A stretch of DNA of 64,000 nucleotides from Rhynchobatus australiae (taxonomy: Eukaryota). The stretch covers positions 16,423,866 through 16,487,865 of the forward strand of contig JAUZTB010000069.1 of assembly GCA_034780895.1 (NCBI GenBank). Direction: 5' to 3'. Below the pieces are notes generated by a model. That model was not told where the DNA came from. It did no database searches and was given only the letters and a program-made list of their open reading frames with translations. Shown piece after piece: positions 55,213 to 64,000 of this stretch. Within the stretch, counting starts at the first letter, position 1. Each line of letters opens with the position of its first letter. Both the position numbers and the translations under genes were made by a program.

Positions 55213-56098
55213 ACATTAAGATTATAAACAAAACCAATCATGCTTATTCCAAGGAGTTACATCATTCCAGTCCTTTCACAAATCCCAGTCACACTTGTGC
55301 CACTGAAGTACATCCCCCCTGCCCCATTCAGTAAGGTTAAGTGGCAGCGAACAGCATTAATACATCTCATTCACACCATTTTATGGCTTTTGGATCACAG
55401 CTGGCTTGTGACGGTCATTGGGCTGGATCCAGCTGTCTTGGTGTGGCCACTGGTTTGGGAGCAGTTGTTCTATGGGAAGCCAACATCAATACTTTGAACT
55501 CAAGCCCAAGTACTACATATGATTTTAAATCCATGATGATTATTTATTTATTCATTTACTTGCAAGTTACTGGGCGATAACATACCATGTTGACAGTAAG
55601 AGATGGCAAGAACAGCTAGTTTTTGAAGTCAGTGGGAAATGATAGCATCCTTCCCACATTTCTACTAGTTGAATGTTCCATCATTTCTTATTAAACAGAC
55701 TCTGACATCCTTCATTGGTATTAGAAGTCTCATTCATTGTCTATTGATAAGTTGAAGGTTATGTGATATTGGCAGCCAATGCAAAGCCCCCACCACCCAC
55801 CCACCCCCACAACCCAGCTAACCTTCATAACAAGCAAATCTTTTGAAATTTCAAATGCAATTTTCAAAAGTTCTATCTTCTAAAGAATCTAAAAGGCAGA
55901 AACGTCTTTCACATTTCCAAAAATGAATTAACGACGGGCTGTATGAGGCACATTCTAGTTCCACCATTTCACCAATGGGGGTACCTGTGTCCTCCCCACC
56001 CTGCATCCCACTTCCACCGCCCCCATACCCGTCTCTTATCTGCTTCATCCTTGCAGCTCCAATGTTTGTCATATCGGAATCACTGATGCCAGTAACTG

Positions 56099-56455
<357 letters not shown>

Positions 56456-56816
56456 TCACAGGGTCAACAACTTAATCAAACACTTTGTCAAAACACATGA
56501 AAGGAAACAATTTACCCAGATATTAAATACATCGTTATGTAGACACATTAGCATAATGATAGACCGAAGACAGGAGATCTGCACGAGAACCTGTAAACTG
56601 TAAAATTTTATCTCTTTCTTTCTATGTATATTATGTAAATATATGTATTAGCTAAAATATCTGTCTTTATTAAGGAAGTTTTCCTTATGTTACAGACTAG
56701 GACTATTAGTGAGGTTCCTTTAAGTTGGTGTGAGTGTGTGTGGCGTGCTTACGTCAACAGAAGATAAAGAATGTCATGACGTTGTTGTTGAAACAACCTG
56801 TGAGAGTCAGTCTGAA

Positions 56817-56856
56817 GGAGAGAGAGAGACAGAAGAATGAGAGAGAGAGAGAGAGA
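56817..56856. repeat. Imperfect (GA)n microsatellite
   Basis: gagagagagagac...gagagagagagagagagac. Confidence 0.8.
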
Positions 56857-59800
56857 CACCAGCCTGCTTGTTTTCTCTGTCGATGGATGAGAAACAATAA
56901 CTGTGACTGTCACTGNNNNNNNNNNNNNNNNNNNNNNNNNNNNNNNNNNNNNNNNNNNNNNNNNNNNNNNNNNNNNNNNNNNNNNNNNNNNNNNNNNNNN
57001 NNNNNNNNNNNNNNNCATTTTTACTTTTATTTTACTTATTATCATAAGTAGTTATTAATAAAGTAGTTTTTAACACTTATACATGTCTCGGTTTGTTTCT
57101 GTTGTTGCTGGTACGTAACAAATTTTTTTTTCTTTTTTTTAAATGTTTTTTTTATGATAAAAAAGCTTATGTCGGTGATCTGGAAGCTAATCTTTAACTG
57201 TTGGAGGCTCCAGGATAATCCTGGAGTGTTGGGAAGCCCGATTCGTGGAACTGTTTCAGCATCATTCATAGAAACACAAGTTTCCAGTAAAAGTAACTGA
57301 TGATTTAGATGGATTGAAGAGATAACTGATGAGGAAATGAATAAAGCAGTATGTCATTAGGGAGCTATGAGATAAACAGAGTGGATGTGGTGTATTTAAC
57401 TGACCTGTTTCTGCCCTATAAACTCAGTTTATATAAAGATGGAAGATGGAGAATCTACACTTTGCCACTGTCAATTGCACAGGCCCAAAATAGATAGCTC
57501 TTCCTTTCAAAATCTGATATGACTTGGCCCAGAGTTTAACTAGCAACAGACAGGATGATGGTGGATATTGCTGAAGTTTCTGAAGGTTACAGCTTAAACA
57601 CTGTTCCATTACCAAATGCTGGACAGAAAGTTGAGGTTTTGAAAAATATTCAGTTACCTCACACCTAATGTCACTGGCTTTGTCAGATCAGATTCTGGTG
57701 AACTGACATTTTAACATCTCTGGGTCTTGCTATTACTTGCAGAAAGCACATAAGCTATTTTCAGATAACTACTGCTATATATCCTTAGAAGGATGTATCG
57801 GGGGTTGTTTTATGACACATTAACTTTCCAGCAATTGTATTTACCTATTTTTGATTTGCTCAGACAGCTTTGTGCCAAACCAGATAACCCCACAACAATA
57901 TAGAATTAGTCAAGAAGACATTTGAATCAGCTTTGGGGTGACTTACACCCAGAGAGAAGTGCTAAATATGACCTGCACAGTCTCCAACAGGACCACACTC
58001 AATGTAGCTGACTGCGGAGAAGGGAGCATCTTCCCCAGGGCAGCAGCTTGTTTATGGCTGCCATGGAGAAATGAGAGGGGGCAGAGGAAAGAGAGACAGC
58101 TCCAGGACTTTTGGAAAGGACATTGAGATAAATAACCATCAGCAAAATCCTGTGTGCTGGGGTTGGGGTGGGGACAAGTGGGCAACAGTCCCAATTGGAC
58201 AAACAAGAAGAGCTGGGCAGGAGTGACTGGAATGGTCTCCTCCAGGAGGGAGAATCCCCAGACAAAATATTTCTTGTTCTCACTAAATATGTCAAAGTGA
58301 ACCACACAAGAACACTGTTTACTTATGCATGTGCCCATACACACACTACACACACACGTCCTCTGTCCACAGCCCCACACATCCCACTTAGCCCCTCCAC
58401 CCCACACAAATATATGATAATGAAATAGTTTAAGCAGCACCTTCCATTCTGCCCAACCACTTGGTCCATGAAGCACCATATGCTTCACCTGTATGTGGAT
58501 CCCACATTGGCCTGTTGAACTCACAGAACTAGATTGGAAGTAAGTCACCCTTAACTTCAACTCACTAGCTGGTTGCAGTCTGGCACCAGATGTGGGGAAT
58601 TTGCTGAAGGGGCTTGCTGGTGAGGGCTATGGCGGCCATGCACCATACTGTCCAAGGACTCAAATGATCCACTTATTTAAGTGGATAGAATGAGGAAGGT
58701 AGGATTGTTCCCCTTGGGAAAGAGGAGGTTGCAAGGAGATATGATAAAGATATTTAAAGTCACAACGGCTATACACAGAGTATAGAGAGAGAACAATTGT
58801 TCCTATCAGCAGGGGTCACAAACTAGGGGATATAGAATGAAGGTGATTGGCAAAAGAACCAATAGCAACATGAGGAAGTTTATATATTTTTATTTATCCA
58901 GTCTAGGAGCACTACTGGGACAGAAGTAGGGGCAGATTCACTTGTACTGAGCCTGAAAGGAAACAAATTACTGTGGGGAGAGGATGGGAGGGTGGAGTGG
59001 AACTAACTGGATGTGGACTAATTATTAGCAGAGCTGATGTCACAGGGCATCCTACTCCCCTCTAAAAAGTGGTGATGCAATAATAGTTAATTCAGGATGG
59101 ACAACATTCCTTGGACAAAAGCTCCCTTATGCTGCCCCTACTGTGCATTCAGCCTCCCAATGTCCCAGTGAAAGCTATCATTAGGAAAGAGCAACCTCGA
59201 TAGGATGGTCTGAATTTCAAATGTTGAGATTGAGAATGCCAGTTATCTTCTGATTCATTTCAGTTGTACGTGACTGCAATTTTGTTTAATTCTGTTAAGT
59301 GTTGGCCACACTCAAGGACTTCACATTATGTTTTAGGATCCCCAACCCAACAGCTCAGAAACCCACCTGGATGGTGTACAATGGAATTCCATGGTCTCAC
59401 CATTCTCTGAGTAAATATGTTTAAGCCAGACCAGTGTTTCAAATTGTTTTCAGTACTGCAGCCTTCCAGTTTACCAATTCATTGTTGAGGGGTATAAAGC
59501 AATGCCAAACTCCAATAAACAATCTGAGTCTTCTACTCTATAGCTACTCTACACTCTGTTTAGTTTCTGTGTAAGGTGGTAGCACCCAGGCCCCAGTGTC
59601 ACCAAATCATATGTTCATGTCCCACTCCTGAGACTAACACATACAAACTGCACTGGGCCTCCTGCCTGGGATTATTTTGAAAAAGAATAAAGGGGTTCTC
59701 CCCAGTGTACCAGCCAATATTTATTCACTATCAAGCCAAATTATCCTGTTGTGGGATCTAGCTATATGCAAATCACTGACCACATTTCCTTCAACAGTGA

Positions 59801-62119
59801 TGACACTTCATAAATATATCATTGGCTGTGAAGCATTTCTGGAAGTGCTGAGCTTTGAAAGGTCACATGAAAACATATACTTCTTCTCTGTTCATGTTGC
59901 TACTTTAGGACTGCAGTTGCCCAAAAGTGTCTTTTTGCAGCATTTTCTCTTCTCTCCCCTCAGTTATGATTTTTGTTTCTCCATTTCCATTCAGGTTCTT
60001 GGATACCAAGGAACATGAGGTAAGTGCAGGAAGGTAGGGTTTAGCTAGAAGATCAGATAGGATCTGTTTGGATGGTACGGGGTAGGGCAGAACAGGTTTG
60101 AAGGACTTAAGAGGCTCCTCCTGATTCTATTTCTTATGATCTTATGCTCCTATTTATACTGGCACCGAGTTCCAGGCACAATCTCTGACATCATTTTGAT
60201 CTTCTTTCCAGTCTTTCATATTTTTCTCACTAATGCTGTGCTGAACTTTGTTTAAAAAAAACAAACGTCAGCAAGCTGGTCAGTTCTTATGCTTACTAAA
60301 TGAACAAGGAATAAAGATAGATCCAGATTAGATTTACAGTCGATCACATCCATTGTGCTATTTCTACCCTGGTGCCAGCATCTGCATTGGACATGAATGG
60401 TTGTCAACACAAAAAAAGAGTCAACAGTTAATAATGTGAGACATGTAAATGAACATTGCCAAATATTTCATTAATTAGTTTATTGAGTTTCATAGTAATA
60501 AATAACTTACAAAATCTGTAGAATAAATCCTTTTACAATTTAAATGTATTGATATTTGAGCAATTGGTAAAACAGATTTTGAATTCAACTTTCTGGTAGA
60601 CTAGCACATTTCCATGGAGCCATCAGCATGGCTGGATGTCATTCTTGTTGTTCTTTCTGTGCTGGCTCTTTGAGAGATCTAAATAATGTCCTACCCCGCG
60701 TCCCCCCATCAAAGTTCTGCAAATCTTTCCTTTCCAAGTAATATCCAATCCAAAAGTTATTATTTCATCTGCTTTCCCACCCTTTCAATGCAATCCACAT
60801 CAGAACTTACATAAAAATATACTAATTTTTCCTCTTGTTCTTTTACCAAATTTTATAAATTTGTATCCTCTGACTACTGATTCTCTTGCCAATGGAGAAC
60901 TTTGAATACCTCTATTAAATCTCACCTTAACCTTCTTTGCTTGAAGGAGAATAACACCAGCATCTCCAGACAACTTAAGTGCCTCATCCCAGGTACAACT
61001 CTAATAAATCTCCTCTGCATCAAGCCTAAGGCCTTGACAATTCTTCCTGAAGTGTAATGGCCAAATTGGGACACAGTCCTCCTGTAGTGGCTGAACTAAT
61101 GGTTTAGCATGATTTATACGGTGTCAACAAGGCATGTGGAAATTTACTTTCGGCTGGCTTTGGATACCAGGAATATGTTCCAAAAAAATGACTGGTAATT
61201 TTCACAGAACATACATTCCTTAGCTCAGACCTTGGCAGAAACATTAACCACTCTTTCCCTTTCAGGCGCAGCAAATTTCCGGTATTTATTCAAGATATTC
61301 TGATTGGTAACAGGCTGGAATCATTTCACTGACTGAATTGAAACTATTTGACAAAAGGATCATTACCAATGCATCTCCCTCCTACTAAAGTCATTTTTTT
61401 ACTTGTCCTTTCCCTCAGCATAATTTTAAAATTGAAATTCTTATAGCTGTATGCCCAATTAGCTTTCACAATCTCAGGGTATCTCAAAGTGCTTTTACAG
61501 CCAATTAAATATTTCTGAAGTATTGCAGCATAAGGAAACATTGCAGCCAATTTGTACAGAACAATATCTCCCATACAGCAGTGAGGTAAGTGACCAGATA
61601 ATCCATTTCGGTGATGTTATGTGAGACGGAAAAGTTTGGCTGATCACCAAATAACAAACCAATACTAAGTGAAAGGTGAGATTTGCTGGCTATTAAGCTA
61701 TATTGTGTTTTTAATCATAAGCCTAAAATTGCTGCTGATTCATTGAGGTCTAATGATTAATGTTTAATACATAGAGACATTTAGTTTCTAACATTTATTT
61801 TCACCACAGANNNNNNNNNNNNNNNNNGAAGTATGTTCATGAGGAATAGATAACAATGAACATATGGTTCCCAAATTCCTCCACTACTGGAGATTACTTA
61901 TCTCATACCTGGGTCTGTTGTAGAATAACTTGGTGAGATTGATTGGAAGATAAATCAAAAACTCCGTTGTCATTTGTTCATCTGACCACCACATTGCTGG
62001 GAGGTGGAGCTTGATCATTTTTTGACTCACAAATCCTTAAAATCTATTTTGTTTAAAAAAATAATTAAACAATTGTCTACTGCCCATTCTCAGTTTTTCT
62101 TCAAGAAGTGAAAATCAAA

Positions 62120-64000
62120 AAGAACCTGCAGATGCAGGAAATCTGAAATAAAACAGAAACTGCAGTCAGCAGGTCAGGCAGCATCTGTGGAAAGAGAAAC
62201 AGTTAATGTTTTAAGTGAAAGGCCCTTCATCAGAACTGGGAAAAAGAGATTATAAAGTTTTAAGTTCGAGATGGTGGCAGTAAGGATAGATAGAACAAAG
62301 GGAATTTTTGTGATGAGGTGAGGTAGGGTTACCATGGGAACGAGTTGTCTGATAGCTTCTTTGTCTGTGTATTGTGCTTACAGCAGGGCTATGGGATATG
62401 CCCAGCTGATCAGGTTATACTAATGGAGAGAGAAAAACTGAGCCAATATCATAGATGGATGATTACCAGCAGAAATGGCTAGTGCTAATATAGACAGAAA
62501 AATCAAGTTATCTAAAATTCATTATTGAGTCTGGAAGGCTGCAAGTGCCCAAATATAAGATGAGGCATCATTCCACAGACATGTGCTGGGCCTCATAACA
62601 GTGCAGGAGGCTGTGGGCAGACAGGTCAGAGAGGGAGTGGGATGGAAAGTTCAAGTAGCAGGAAGCTCAGTGTCACTCCAGTGGATTGAATGTAGGTGCT
62701 TCACAATGTGATCACCCAATCTATGTTTGGTTCCTCCAGTGTGGAGAGACCACACTGTGAACACCTAATGCAGTACACTATATACTGCTTCAGTTTGAAA
62801 GATTGTTTGGGTCCCTGGATGGTGGGAAGAGACAAGGTAAAAGAACAGGTGCTACAACTACTGCAGTTACAAGCGAAAGTGCGATAAGATGGAGAATGGT
62901 TGGTGGGAATGAAAGAGCATACCAGGGAGGCACAAACAAATAGTCTCTTTGGAAGTCTGAAAGGGGAGAGGTATGTGTGTTCAATGGTAGAATCTTGTTG
63001 GAGCTGGCAGAAATTGTGAAGGATGATCTGATGATTGCAGGGCAGTAAGTATGGATCTCAGGATGTGATGAGAACAGTGCCTCAAGAAACACTGGATAGT
63101 TTGAACATACCTGTCACCCTGGGTGGGTCCAAATTGTGAAGGCTAGTATTTGAGCTGAAATCCAAGTGGGATAAGTTGGAACCAAAACTTTGATAAGGAA
63201 AGAGATTTGGCCATAGAAGCGAGTTTTGATTATGATCTGATTGAAGACTAGAAGGGAAACAAACCATTGAAAGTGAACAAGGCAAAAGAGGAAATCCCAT
63301 CAGGGAATGTTGGAGAGCTTCATCAAGCTTGGCATTCTTGGAAGAGAAGTGGCAGTGAATTCAACAGTAAATGAAAAAGAAGAAAACTGCAGATGCTGGA
63401 GATCAGAAATAAAAACAAAAAATGCTGGAAAGACTCAGCAGGTCAGGCAGCGTCTGTGGAGAAAGGAACAGTGTTAATATTTCAAGTTGAAGATCCTACA
63501 GTGGAAATGGGAAAGAGAGATAAAAGAGTAGTTTTAAATTGCAGAGAAGGTGATAGGAGGGATGAATAGGTCAAAGAGAACACCTGTGATAAGGTGAGGC
63601 CAGGATTGCCATGGGGATAAATCATTCGGTCAAAAGGGGTAATGGAGGCAGATGGTATTTATGCTTCTTTTGTCAGTGTTATGTGTTGTTAATAGCAGGG
63701 CTGTGGGACGTGCCCAGCAGGCCAGGCTATGCTAATGGAGAGAGGCAACCTCAGCTATTATCACAGATGGATGACCTACAGCAGAAATGGCCAGTTCTGA
63801 TACACGCAAAGAAAATAAATTACCTAAAGTTGAAGTTTTTGATATTAAGTTTGGAAGGCTGCAACATACCCAGCTGGAAGATGAAATGTCATTCCACATG
63901 TTTTCAGTGGGTCTTGCTGTGACAGTGCAGGAGGCCACAGACACATAGGTTAGGACGATTCCTTCCCTCCCTCAGATGCTGCTCGACCTGCTGAGTTCCT
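62120..64000 (-). mobile_element. Degenerate Penelope-like element(s) with GIY-YIG remnant
   Basis: Minus strand ~62790-62690 reads VYCIRCSQCGLS/HTGGTKHRLGDHIVKHL across a frameshift, like PLE VYCIRC..CGLLYIGETKRRLGDRF.EHL; terminal repeats at ~62140 and ~63385. Confidence 0.65.

Noticed and set aside
55680-55740. Other AUGA...AA...GA patterns in the PLPP7 3' UTR
   Set aside because: Helix II cannot form in register with the GA quartet.

Overview
Vertebrate genomic DNA, most likely from a cartilaginous fish (shark/ray-type V-SINE, DeuSINE, CR1, RTE and Penelope-like repeats), from a gapped draft assembly. The minus strand carries the 5' two-thirds of PRRC2B: a CpG-island promoter and non-coding exon 1 near 39.3 kb, then 18 coding exons from 27283 to 516. 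All have GT-AG boundaries with matching phases and give about 1685 codons; the gene continues off the left end. Upstream on the same strand is the last coding exon and 3' UTR of PLPP7 (NET39/PPAPDC3), the same order as human 9q34. Best leads: (1) PLPP7 has an in-frame UGA where orthologues have a Cys (SSTCQML vs SGT*QLL), with a weak SECIS-like hairpin late in the 3' UTR, so Sec recoding, readthrough or a lineage-specific truncation are all possible. (2) Two same-orientation arrays of a ~51-bp unit carrying an extended CTCF-like site sit just upstream of the PRRC2B promoter. (3) An out-of-frame uORF overlaps the PRRC2B start codon. (4) There is a candidate poison exon in PRRC2B intron 5. All homology statements are from recall, not from searches.
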